A stretch of DNA of 64,000 nucleotides from Chrysomallon squamiferum (lineage: Eukaryota > Animalia > Mollusca). A program made the position numbers and the translations under genes. Each line of letters opens with the position of its first letter. Within the stretch, counting starts at the first letter, position 1. The stretch lies in NCBI GenBank assembly GCA_012295275.1, contig CM022671.1, positions 27,404,001 through 27,468,000 of the forward strand. Reading direction: 5' to 3'. Below, one piece after another: positions 30,010 through 49,324 of the stretch. Under the pieces are notes generated by a model. It was not told the origin of the DNA, searched no databases, and worked only from the letters and a program-made list of their open reading frames with translations.

Positions 30010-31124
30010 AACTTCACTTCAGATATTGGTCTGCATTCAGTTTCATTAATTCTTCTCATTAAAGCTCAGTAGTATTAACCCTGTTCTCTGATATGATATA
30101 AACATAACTGTAAGTAATTAGTTGTTTATGTCTAAACACGGCAGTAACTAAGCAAGCAGCCAGTACAGAAATAAAATTGACAGCCACCAAATATTTCACT
30201 TGACCGAAAATCTATTGACTAAAGCTCCTGGTACTGTTTTCAAGCCTGATATTTTTTCTCATCCATAGTGACCGATAAACACTGCAATAAGCGTGTACAG
30301 TACTCGATGGCTTCAGGGTGGCGAAGCGGATCTGTAAGAATGTATATTGATGTGCTTTTTTCAAGGCCACAGGCGTGCGTGTTAGCGGCGCTTGTGTATA
30401 ATATGGGAATGTAGGTGGGTGTCTTTGGTGGGCTTGTGTTTAAACGAACATATCCGTTTTGATTAACGTTTATTCATTCCTGGTTTCCAATTACCTCTTC
30501 CTATATTCATAAATTCATATTTAATAAAATATTAGGGTTTTTTTTTCATGTCGACTCATTTTGCTCGAATGAGAAATATCATATATTGATTTCGTCTAAG
30601 GAACGAATTAAAATTAAACTTCTCTCAGCTAGGAATACATTTTAAAAGGTACATAAAGATAGGTAATTTGCTGTAGCATACGGATATAGGTAGAAGGTGC
30701 CATTTGACAGCTGTATGACTATGGATCTCCGTTGTCAGTAATATTTCACACTTTCTTTTATCTCATAAGGCCCCTGCAGTTTATGTGGTTCACGATTATT
30801 CCACTTCTGTTATATATATAATAAATCTTTTGTGTTTTACAGCTGACACATTTGAGCATTCATTTGCAGTTTTTGACTGACAAAAATGAGTAGATTTGTT
30901 AATTTGAACAATGATTATTATATATGTACTATTCATATAATCTCATTTACACTTGACAAAGCTAATATCTATATTTTTTTAATGTGTGTGTGTGTGTGTG
31001 TATGTAAAACTGTTCCAAAATACCGTAAGATAAACCATATTTTTTTTATTAACCCCATTACAAACATATACAGCCTAGACAGATAAGACATACTTGTCTG
31101 TTTTCATTTTACAGAAAAGTAAAA

Positions 31125-31389
31125 ATGAAGTTTCTTTTTCTTGTCTGTTTGTTAAATACGTGTGCACTGGTGAGTATATTACACTGGTATTGCAAAACAC
31201 TGTTGTCAATAAGACGTCTTTTAATAATAACAATCATATTAGTCATCAGTGTTTCACGTGTTTAGTTAGAAACAATATGATAACGACATTTTAGAACAGG
31301 TGACCACGTAGTTGCTAATATAATTAAAAGTTCAAAGAAACTGGTTTATTTCTGCTCAGAATTTACATACTAAAATAAGTTGTACATAA

Positions 31390-31437
<48 letters not shown>

Positions 31438-32160
31438 TAGAAAGATATTCCGTGAGAAACCAAAATTGAACATTTATCTGAGACTGGTTTCTTTTACAAA
31501 AATAATTGTTACAATTGTTGTTGTTAATGATGATGATGATACTGTTTATTATTATTATTATTATTATTATCATCAGCATCATTTTCATCATCATCATTAT
31601 TATTATTGAAACTGAAATAAATCATTACATCTTAATAAAGTCCGTAAGCATATTTTCTGACTTGAATTCTTACTGAACTAGCTAAATCCGTCATAGTAGC
31701 ACTGTGTGGTTATGACGTGTCTTCAATACATGTGCAGGTATGGTCGTGTACATCGTCAAGCGACTGCTCCAAGTTACATATTTGTTTTTCTGGCACCCCA
31801 TCTGTAGTGGGTAAGAGAATGACTAACATGCGGCAACTCGAAGGTGTGTGCACTTTGCTGAAAACAGAGGGACAGAGTAAGTCACCTTGTTTTGAATGCA
31901 TCGGCTGATCTAATCGCAGTATGAGTGACTCCTTTTCAGTTAATCCTGTATTAAACTATGAGTGACTCCTTTTCAGTTAATCCTGAATTAAACTATGAGT
32001 GACTGAAAACGTGCACCTCGATATTAAATTAATACAGCAATGTTTTCGTTTATTATATTAATTTATATCAGTTTAAAGTTATTCTTCGAATACCGTGTAA
32101 TTTTAATTAACATCTACACTAATAAAGGGTTAAAGGTTATTAAGAGAATTTGAACGAATT

Positions 32161-32192
<32 letters not shown>

Positions 32193-32193
32193 T

Positions 32194-32247
<54 letters not shown>

Positions 32248-32609
32248 TAATTAATTAATTAATTTTAAATTATCGTGAAAATAATAATTAAAATAATAAT
32301 ACTAAAATTATGATATAATGAAAAAAGAAGCCATAACGTTTATTTTCTGTAATTAAATTCGATGCTGAAACAACAGGCTGCTGGGTGAATGGAGGAACCA
32401 TCACGTCTCGCCCGGGTCACGTGGTTGTGGGAAATCTCCCGTGTGAGGTGGGATTCTACTGCAAAGGACTGGGAATTTATCTTCAAAATTTTGGAGAAGC
32501 AGGTGAAACAAATCAAATTTAAAAATTCATTAAGACTATAATGCAAATAGCAACTTAATTAATAAAATACGTAAATATAACAATACCTTAGCTCCTAACA
32601 TATCTAAAG

Positions 32610-32650
<41 letters not shown>

Positions 32651-32971
32651 AAAAAAAGTTTATAAAAGGAAAGGAAGCAAGTATTCTTATTTAATAAAAT
32701 ATGTAAATCAAATAGAACTTTAATTCATAATACACGAAAAGCAAACACGTTCTTAATGCGTAAATATGTAAAGAAAACGAATCTTAATTCACAACATAAG
32801 TAAAACAAACAACAATAATTCATAACAAATGTAGCGCACAAAATACCGTAATTCATTAATACATAAAGCAAACAATATCGTAATTCTTTATATACCATCT
32901 GAAGTAGATGTAACACATCTTTTTATTATATTATTTTTTTTACAGGTAACTGCATACCAGTAGGACAGTAA
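31125..32971 (+). CDS. Small secreted cysteine-rich protein A (colipase/prokineticin/astakine-like fold, 8 Cys), 111 aa; exons 31125-31169, 31738-31876, 32377-32502, 32946-32971
   Basis: Spliced translation MKFLFLVCLLNTCAL|VWSCTSSSDCSKLHICFSGTPSVVGKRMTNMRQLEGVCTLLKTEGQS|CWVNGGTITSRPGHVVVGNLPCEVGFYCKGLGIYLQNFGEAG|NCIPVGQ*. Signal peptide, all GT-AG, phases 0/1/1, mirrored by a paralog next door. Confidence 0.85.
31920..32004. repeat. Tandem repeat, ~37-bp unit, ~2.3 copies
   Basis: tatgagtgactccttttcagttaatcctg(t/a)attaaac repeated in intron 2 of peptide gene A. Confidence 0.8.
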
Positions 32972-33091
32972 CAGATGAACTAAAGTGAAGAATATATACA
33001 AATATCTGATTTTTATTAAACTGTGACACAGAATTTTGATTTACATTTTTGGTACGTGTTTGTTTTCATGAACAAAAACCGCAGTGAGAAT

Positions 33092-33124
<33 letters not shown>

Positions 33125-33824
33125 AATAATAATAATAATAAAATGTAAATTAAAAAAATAAGAAATCCCCCCCCAAAGAAACCCACACAAAATAAAATAA
33201 ATAAAATACTATAAAATAAAATAAAATTATATAAATAAATAAAAAAATATATAAAGCAGACAACAACAAAAAAAAGAAAATAAATAAATAAAAAAGCCAC
33301 AAAACAAGTACGTGAAAGTTTATTTAACTATCGTGTTGTTAAAGAGATATAAAATATTTTATTCTTTCAAATACATCTAATTTATTTATTACATTTATAA
33401 ACGACTAGGACATATATAGAGCCTTTCGGATATGTGGAAGAACAAAAATTATTAGGAATATTTAATAAATCATGACTCATAATATGGAGATACTCTTGAA
33501 AAGGTGGTGCGTGCTTTTGCCATTTCATTTCATTGTCCTTTTAGAGAAAAGCATGCAGCACATTTATATTTTCTACCACATGTATCCGGCTCTGTGTGAA
33601 TTATTAAATAAATGGCATTAGCAAGCAAACAAAAGAACAGCTTCGAACAAGTTTCAGTACCTGGTTTTGCCATTGATAACAGTTAATAAAAATAATGTCA
33701 TTTTATCAGATAAAAAAGAAAAGGTTATGTAGGAATACAAGGTGTGGTGAGATAATGATGATAAGACAATTGCTCAAAATGTCGTTAAATTTCGGGGATA
33801 AACTCAATCTGCAAGTCTTCAAAT

Positions 33825-35278
<1,454 letters not shown>

Positions 35279-35494
35279 AGAACAGAAATGAATTAGATTT
35301 TAATGTTTGTATTATTTCTTCTCATCTTTTATATTATTATTTTTGTTGTTGTTGTGTTGATTTCTGTCGTTGTTGTAATTATTGATGTCGTCGTCATTGT
35401 TTAAAGATATTATTTTATTGCATCAAAGAAGAAAAAAGCCAAAAAACAAAAAAAGACATTCTCATTTTAAAAATAAAATAAAAATAAAAATAAA

Positions 35495-35549
<55 letters not shown>

Positions 35550-35556
35550 TAATAAC

Positions 35557-35590
<34 letters not shown>

Positions 35591-36419
35591 TATATAATAA
35601 ATTTTTTAAAAAAGAGTTGATACTAATAATTAACATTAGCTTAATTTAAGTCACAAATTAATTTTTTCCAACGCCTGTATGTAACCATTATAACGGATAC
35701 ATTAAATATCAGATGTAATAAGTTACTAAAAATAACAGCTTACTCGGAAACGTTAGTTCCTTAATACTAAAAATAGCTCACGGGGTTTTGGAAATTTTCA
35801 ATAACTGTTGTATTATTTTTACAGAAACACTTGATAATCTCGTGAATATTATTCATCTCGCCCAAGGGAAATTCACATTTATGAAGTGTGTTCCTGAAAT
35901 AGATCGCCTCTAAAACATCCACAGATTAATATTTCGATGCAGTTAAAAATAATTAAAATAATTAAATTAAAATAGTAATAATAAATAAATAAATAAACAA
36001 ATGATAATTTAAAAAAGAAGAAACAACGAAAGAACAAAAATTCTCAAACGTAACGACTGGGTGCGACATGAGAGAACTGATTATAAACTTCAGTACTTTG
36101 TATTTGATTCACACTCACTCACGCACGCACGCACGACCGCACACACACATGTGGGTACTCTGTAACAGCTGAACAGCAGTAAATCAGTTATAAACACAAA
36201 ATATCACCGTAAAAGTAATTACAGTTCACATTTAATAAAAGGAAAGATGATACTGTTCCCTGATACAGGTACGAGTGTTATCATCATTTCTGTCACGTAT
36301 ATCCAGATTTTATATAGTTAAATGTTAAAATAAATATCATTTTAAAAAGAAAAACAGAAATCTCCAAAACTACCAGAATCATTCTCACCTGAAAACTAAA
36401 ATGAACAAAAGTTATACAT

Positions 36420-36459
<40 letters not shown>

Positions 36460-37224
36460 TAATAATAAAAAAAGAAAGAAAACAAAATAAAAAATACATA
36501 TCCTCCTACTTCAAAAAAAAAAAAAAAAAAAACAACAAAAAAAAACCACTAATAATAATAATAATAATAATTAATAAATGAATAAATAAATAAAAATAAA
36601 GCCTACAAATGAATACACGACCAGTTCCCCATTTATTCCATACCACACACAAAAGACTTAAAAAATAACAATACACACCCAATGGACTGGGTAAACGTGT
36701 GATCACATCCGTTGTCATTAGAGCATGTAATACGCCAGTATACGTGCCTGGTGGAAATAGGGCACATATCCTATTTAACAACAAACGTTGCAGGATGTCA
36801 CTGTCGTTAGGATGATTCACAGAACGTAAGTATCTAATTTAGTTTTATCGAAATATTTCTACCAGTTTTTACATATATAAAAAATATATTACGTGTGAAT
36901 TTTTAAAACTTCAATACACCATCATTTGAAAACGCAGCTTGTTTGAAAACTGATGTATCACTGTTTGTTGTGAACTAGTTGAAAAGCTGCCAACCAGCAC
37001 AGTATGTTCAAATAATGATTTCGAAAGAGTCGTCTGCGATCATGTTAACAGATAATATTTAGTCCTTAAATTGTGAGTGATCAACTCTGTGTTTCTGATA
37101 ATTTCTCTAATTACATGAATTACAAGGAATCAACATTTTTTACTTATATATGTATATAATAATCTGGATATAAGTACACAATTCAGACAAATGGATATAT
37201 AGATACATACAATAGTATGGTGTT

Positions 37225-37352
37225 TAACTGTTCGTGTTGTTAGGTTCATGGGTTGAGAGGTATCCTCTGAGCTATTTTCAACTCCATCCATTGTTTCACA
37301 GCTGATCTATCAAATGCCGTGTAATGTCCGCTGCTGCCTATAAGAAGGTGTT
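37225..37352 (+). mobile_element. Degenerate SINE-like fragment in the presumed 5'UTR intron of the TLR
   Basis: gctattttcaactccatccattgtttcacagctgatctatcaaatgccgtg resembles a gastropod SINE body as I recall it. A related reverse-oriented remnant may lie at ~7300-7510. Unverified. Confidence 0.3.
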
Positions 37353-37448
37353 AGAATTAAAATTGAAATTAAAATTAAAATTAAAATAAAAACTGAATGA
37401 CTATTATTTTATTTATAACTTTATTTATGAAAAACAATGTTCTTTAAC

Positions 37449-37532
<84 letters not shown>

Positions 37533-37622
37533 GTGTGTCAAAGTAATCTTCACTTATTTCAGATCCGGGATACGCTGTCTGAGTCAGTAATAAGATGAGC
37601 GAGGTAACATCCAGAACAGCCA

Positions 37623-39690
37623 ATGCATAATCAGATGTCTATAAGAAGTGTTTTCCTGTTTTTAATATGTTTCCACTTTATCTGTGCCTCGGATCTCATT
37701 CAGAAGAAAGGAGGCGGTAAATCTTTCTGTGTCTTCACACGAACAACAGCCATTTGCTCACATCATGGAAAAAAACTTTGGTATATACCAAAGCTCAAAG
37801 AAAACATTACAAGCTTGGACTTCAGTTACAACGAGCTTCAGAACGTAACACACTATACATTTTCCAATGTAACTCTTGCGGGCATTAATTTGACGAATCT
37901 TCAGTTAAAGTTTGACAGAATCCGGTACATCTCACGTGACGCCTTCAGCGGGTTCAAGTATCTTGCAAATCTTTCTCTGACTGGAAACGATATCCTTCCT
38001 GAGATTCTTTCTGATGCTTTTATTGGAATTAGCATGACACCCGTCCAACGTCTTGATTTAATTAATATAGGTCTGACATCTGTACCTGAAGGCTTTTTTC
38101 TAAATTTAAACTCGTCACAAATTACTCATCTTCATTTACACATGAACTACTTCCAGTTCTTCAATATTAGTGATTTGAAATATATACCTAACTTGATTCA
38201 TATAGGATTAAGTCAAAATGTCATAATTCACGTTTTTATGCACGAAACTGACACTTTGAAAGAACTAGATATTGCTTTTAATATCGTCAGAAACATTTGC
38301 AGTCATTCGAGATATGTACCTTCTCTGACCTATTTAGACTGGAATTTCAACTCGGTTTATTACAAAAAAAAACGTATTCGACTGCCTTCCAAATCTTCAG
38401 CATTTACTGATGAATGGCAATTTTCTTAAAACTCTCACGACTGACATGTTTTCTAATCTTCCCAATCTGATCACACTTCATTTAAAAGCAACCCCTGTGT
38501 TGCACAAAATCGAGGCTTACGCTTTTAATAACAGCAATATTAAATATATTTCTCTGAAGAAAGGCCGCATGCTTGTCTCAAGTCAAATTCACCAAAAGGC
38601 ATTTGCTGGATGTAGTAGTATCAGTTACCTTGATCTTTCTAATAATAATTTCAGACTATCTTCTTCAGACTTTTTAGAAAAACTCTTTAGCCCATTTGTT
38701 AATAATCTCAGTATACTACAAATGACAGCATGTTCACTAACAAAGATTCCTCCAGTAATATCGAAAATGAAAAAACTGGCTCAGCTTAATCTGGCTGTAA
38801 ATTCGATAACGTGGTGGGATCGGAATACATTTAAAAACCTGCATTCCCTGAAGAAACTGTGTCTTAATCAGAATCAAATTACGGTGGTTTCAGAAGATTC
38901 AGTACCAGAAACAGTCCGCCAAGGAATGGATTCAGTTGATTTATCATCCAATCCATTTGATTGCAGTTGTCCAAATCTGTGGTTTATTAAATGGTTTCGG
39001 GCCAACCAAACCCTGTTCAGTGACTCGCAAGGAACGTACGAGTGCGCCAGTCCGAACAAAATAAAGCTGCTAGACTGGAAAATAGAAGATCAGACTTGTT
39101 TGTTAAGTTTCACGGCACGGATGTTCATTATTTTCGGATTTAGCCTTTTAATAGTGGCAGGTTTGATAATTACAGTACTGTATAAATACCGATGGCATAT
39201 TCGATATGTACTCTATATGGCATGCCTGGGCAAAACTAATGTAAATGAAGAAAATCGGGTATTTATGTATGATGCATTTATCTTGTATTCCGCTAATGAC
39301 GCAGACTGGGTTTTGGACAGTGTAGTTCCAGTGATGGAAGAAAGACATGGTCTGAAGCTCTGTATACACGAAAGAGATTTCAAAGCAGGACTTCTCATAA
39401 TAGACAACATCATGAAAAGCATAAACCAGAGTAGGAAGCTTGTTATTGTTCTCTCCAACAGTTTCTCAGAGAGTGAATGGTGTCATTTCGAGATGGATAT
39501 AATCCAGAGGGAACTGCTGGAAAACAGACATGACCTTCCGGTTGTCATCATGCTGGAAGAACTGAATAAACGACGAATGACAGAATCTATGTGTGCTGTT
39601 TTAATGAGCACTACCTATATCAAATGGCCAGACGATGACTCTGCTGTAGATATGTTCTGGGACAAACTAGTTCGAATTATTCAGCAATAA
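37623..39690 (+). CDS. Toll-like receptor (single cysteine cluster type) with intronless CDS, interrupted by a +1 frameshift at A9 38364-38372; ~688 aa when repaired
   Basis: Signal peptide, LRRNT (C...C), many LxxLxLxxN LRRs, LRRCT NPFDCSC..YECASP..C, TM helix, YKYRW, TIR box1 YDAFILYS, box2 LCIHERDFKAG, WCHFE, box3 FWDKL. The two ORFs overlap, and removing one A gives YYKKNVFDCLPNLQHLLMNGN. Confidence 0.93.
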
Positions 39691-40927
39691 ACCGTGACTA
39701 TGTCTAAGATGCGCATTTAATTATGACGGGGATAAAATACATTTTCGAAAAATGTTATGCAGAATATTTAAATCTTATCATCATGTGAAACTTCAGCTTT
39801 ATGAATAATAGCAATATGTCTGAAGACTTTCTTAATGTTATTTATTATTATTTTTAAGACTTCTACTGAAATCCTTAATCATTTTGCTTTTTAATTATGT
39901 CCATGTTTAATTAGACATACGTAAATGATTTATTATTTATCTATACTTACATAGATATTATCTTAAAGCTTTCATTACAAGTATTATTTGTTGTTATTAT
40001 TATTATTATTATTAATTCAATAATTAATTTTGAGAATTATGTTTTCAGACACTGATTAAAATCAAAATATCCTTTTTTGTCTATTTAAATAAATAAATAA
40101 ATAAAATAATAATAATAATAATAATAATAAATAATAATAATAATAATAATAATAAATACTGTTTAAAATGTATACGAAAGCATTATAATGTTTGTATGTA
40201 TGTAACTGTATGTTTGTATGCACTTGCAGAAAAAAAAAAAAAAATAAAAAGAATGTATAAATAAAAATGTTATAATTTGAATGTGTTGCCTTGTATGAAG
40301 ACTAAACATGGCTGACATTCAAACTTTTATTTCAAAATGAAAATATTTACTTATGACAGATACTGTTTTGAACCATATTTATACTACTTATAAATAAAGT
40401 CTGACGCTGGAAATAATCTAAAGTCTTTCATTTTCACGATAACCGGTCATCTGTATTTATTAAATACTTTGATAACACTACTTTAAAATGCGTAGAACCC
40501 ATGCTTCTTGTTGTCTGTCCATGTTAGATTGTTAATATGGTAAGCTGACAGTTATACTTTAGATAAATCGGTTTCAAATTATTTAATTTGAAAATACTAG
40601 TGAATGTTGTTTAATATGGTAAACTTTAAATTAACAAAAATTAATCAGAAGTTTGACTCCAGAACTATCTAACGATCGTTGCTTTCATCCTAACAAGTAT
40701 ACTAATTACTGAATAAATGAAATGTTGAAGTATTCATATATTAATGTGCCACTATGATACAAATAAAAAATGTGACTCGTTTCGTACATTTTCATTTATT
40801 TGAATGGTGGGAATTCTTAGCTGTGAGATCGTTTAGCAACAGAGATGGTGCTTCACACAATACGGTGGAGATTTCACTTCGACACTAACATGTTTTAGGT
40901 CATCAGATTGTTTAATTATATTCTGTC

Positions 40928-45731
<4,804 letters not shown>

Positions 45732-48096
45732 ACCAAAATGACTAGAAAAAGGCTTTGAAATTACATCTAGCAATCATCAGAGGACTAGAAACAACATTTT
45801 ATGGTTGCTGTTTTATGTCACAACAAATATTTTTTTTGTCTACCTACTTAACTACTGGCAAATTCAAATACAAATTCAGATTGTGTTGTATAAACTATAC
45901 ATTGGAAATTGCATTGAAAGAATATGTGATACACATACTCATGTGTGCAGACACACAAACACAAATATATTTACACATACAGGCACAATAGCTGTTTATA
46001 CACACAATCATATATTCATAAACATATGAACCACTGCAAAGTCTAATCCCCAGAATGCTGTTTTTGAGATAATTAATACTGCAGTTATTTTAATGTTAGA
46101 AAGAAGCTAAAGTAATAGCACACTCACAAAAATGTTACTAAAAGGATTAGACCTTTCAGGCACTATGGAACTTGATGATTGAAACTTACTGTATATCATA
46201 TATATTTCTGTTTGGGTAGGGGTGCACATGTTAATTATACTTATATAAAAAATTGTTTATGTTGGTCCTTGTTTTTGAAATTAAGAGTTAAACTGTTATA
46301 TACAAATTAAAAATTTTGACAGATGTAACAGAATTATATTTTGTTTTTATGTTCTGTAACCTATTCAAAGTTATGATAACTAATAATGTATGTTAAATCT
46401 AGTCACAAGATGTTATAGGCTATATACATAATTTTATTCAATATACCTAACAATGGTAGGATAAAATATTTAAGTGATTCCCCAAAAAAATAATAGTCAA
46501 TTTTACTTATTAAGCAGTATTATAAACCGAATATAAAAATGGGTTACAAGTCTCAGGTTTTGAACATAATACTGTTTTTATTTTTAAATATTTTATTGCT
46601 ATCTGCACAATATATATTGTTATTATGATACATCATTCATTATACTCTTGGAACCTAAAGAGACTTCTAATAAATATGATTATTTTTATTGGCTTATGTA
46701 GTTTTTGTTCTTTGTACCTCTGTACCTAATACTGACATTCAGTACAGTCATCAAATATGACTGGCTGCTCAATTAAATTAGCAATGCTTACGCATTTTAA
46801 AGTATTTTTTAATTGTCGATTGACGATGTATTCTATATCAGTTAAAAAGAAACCAATCTCAAATGTAAAAACAATTAACTTTTTGAAGATATCTACATCA
46901 GTGTAAAAGATATCGCGTTTCAAATTTTCAAAAAAAAAAAGAAAAAAAAAAGCTACCTGAAGTCACCAAAAACGTATTTTAAGAGATACCAAATCTGTAT
47001 AAAATATATATATAACACTTCAAATGGCTAGTAAACAAGGATGAATGTAAAAGACGATAATCTAAGTGTTTTATATAAATAATCTATTCAGTGTAATCGA
47101 CCAATTTCGTTTTTTTAACGACCTTTTTTTCTAATATTCAGTTGTCAGTTTTACCTAGATCCCTGTTTCGCGTTATTTTCGGATTAACAAGTTCCCTTAA
47201 GAAAGTAAACTGACACTCTATCTCATTCTTCTTTAAAACATAGTAAATTAGCGTAACATTTTGAATTTTGGTATTCGCCATTTCTGACAAAAAAAAAAAA
47301 ACAAAAAAAAAAAAAAAAAAAAAAAAACATTTCTAGTTAAATAATTGTGGAAGTAGTTATTACAAACTTTTGATTTTATTTATATATTTATTATTTCATG
47401 TTATAATTTATTTCAATAATATTGAAACAAAAGCAAATATATGTATAGGTACCGGACCAATTATCCGGAGTCACGAAATCCGGAAAGACCAGATAAAAAC
47501 AAATAAATATACCATAGAAAATCATACACCACCAATTTTAGCAACAAAGGATCATTTATATGTACCTTTCTATGGACGGGAATATATACATTATTTGATA
47601 AACTTGTAATGGAAATAGCGCCTATTCCACAATAAGCAAAACGCTCGATAGGTGGCGCGCCGGATATGTCTGATTGACGTGTTTTGACGCGTTTTGTTGC
47701 GTTTTGTTTCGTATAAAAATCGGTTTCAATTAAAATATGCGGACACGTTTTACTGAAAGCAGTTTCCACAGTTTGATATAAGAAAAGTGTTTTTTCCACT
47801 GTATGTCTTACTTAACCAAATATAATCTTTGTGTGAAAAGAAAATGGGAAAAAGAAACGCTGTATCCTGTAGATGAACGATTGATTCCAACATAATTAAG
47901 GCGATAAAAAGAAAAACTAACAAAACTGTATGATTTGTTTATTTTTGTACAAGCGATGATAGGAAATAAATTAAAATTGAATAAAATAAAATAAAATAAA
48001 AAATCTAATAGTAAAATACCTGAGGTCAAGGACAGCAGGCTATATAATCGGCTGCTTTACAGGAAAATGGATAAATCTTAGAAATAATGGCAAGTT

Positions 48097-49197
48097 TTAT
48101 TTATTTTCATATTTTAAAACGGCATTAAAATATTCAAGCGCCACAGTTTCGGCCCACGGCTCAGCACATATTCCCTCGCGAAATCCACAATGGCCTCCTT
48201 TATCCACTCTCACCATTATCCAATCCGAATGTTCTGATATGACATCGTATGGAATAAATTTCGCCGAAAGAACTGGATCATCGAGACTGCACACAAAAAG
48301 TGCAGGAACAGTGACGTTAGACTGATTTCGCATTGGGTCGTTTTCGCGCCAGTATTCTTTCACATTTTTGTTATTATAAAATTTGCAGTAAACACTTTCG
48401 TCTAATTCAATTAATGACTTTGCATTTAGCACCACGTCCATATTGATGTGTGAGGACAAAACGTGAGAGTGTTGTCGAAATATGTTCTTCAAACCGTTTA
48501 CCATTGCATTTTCGTACAACCAATGAAGGTTCATTGATTGTTCCAAAGGCTCAAATCCAGGTGATATGAAGACAGCTGCCGCCAACAGGCATTTTACTCC
48601 TACTTCGCCTAAGTATGATAAAAGAACACCACCACCAGCGCTGAACGACATAGCCATGAGTTTTGATTTTGGATACATGTTATGAATAAGCTCTATGACC
48701 TGCTTAAAATCCGCCGGATCCCCGAAACTTTGTAGTTTTGGTGTTATTAGATACGATCCCCCGTGACCTCGTTTGTTGAAAACAACTGTCCGATAACCGT
48801 GACCTGAAGCTATTCTGGAAACATGAGATGCCATTTGTATGCTACCTTCAATACCTGGGACGACTATCAAAGTTGGCCGTGCATCGTCTTGGTCTGGCAT
48901 GTCAGGTGTTGTCCAATCAATGGCCACCATGCCGCCATCTTTAAGTTTTACATATTGCCTGCGTGTTTTCATACGGATAAAATGACTCCAGTATGTTGCT
49001 GTTATCGTGTGTATATGTCGGTTATGGCTTAACCAGAAGGTAGATTTGTATGGCATAGACAATCGTGGTACTTTTTCTACAACGTAGTCGGTGAAAGAAG
49101 TGTGTTTGTAAAATAATATAGGCGTCTGCCAGCTCTTTCTATCCATAATCCAGAGAGTGCCCAAAATAAAAGTTATTAGTAATGTCATTATAATCAT
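48097..49197 (-). CDS. Alpha/beta hydrolase, ABHD1/2/3 (YheT)-ABHD15-like family, copy 1; single coding exon
   Basis: N-terminal TM anchor, HIHTI, LKDGGMVAIDW, VVPGIEG, VVFNKRGHGG, SFSAGG nucleophile elbow, SLDDP, GGHCGF. Acceptor at 49236; probable start ATG at 49197. Confidence 0.9.
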   Translation of the reverse strand: MIIMTLLITFILGTLWIMDRKSWQTPILFYKHTSFTDYVVEKVPRLSMPYKSTFWLSHNRHIHTITATYWSHFIRMKTRRQYVKLKDGGMVAIDWTTPDMPDQDDARPTLIVVPGIEGSIQMASHVSRIASGHGYRTVVFNKRGHGGSYLITPKLQSFGDPADFKQVIELIHNMYPKSKLMAMSFSAGGGVLLSYLGEVGVKCLLAAAVFISPGFEPLEQSMNLHWLYENAMVNGLKNIFRQHSHVLSSHINMDVVLNAKSLIELDESVYCKFYNNKNVKEYWRENDPMRNQSNVTVPALFVCSLDDPVLSAKFIPYDVISEHSDWIMVRVDKGGHCGFREGICAEPWAETVALEYFNAVLKYENK

Positions 49198-49278
49198 CGA
49201 GTCGTCTACGCAACATAAATGTTCCAAAGAAAAATTCTGAAATAAGAAAATGTATCTGTTTAACCTTTTAAATATCAC

Positions 49279-49324
<46 letters not shown>

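Noticed and set aside
38874-39458. Antisense ORFs within the TLR (and similar ones within ABHD and NWD exons)
   Set aside because: Shadow frames of real coding sequence.
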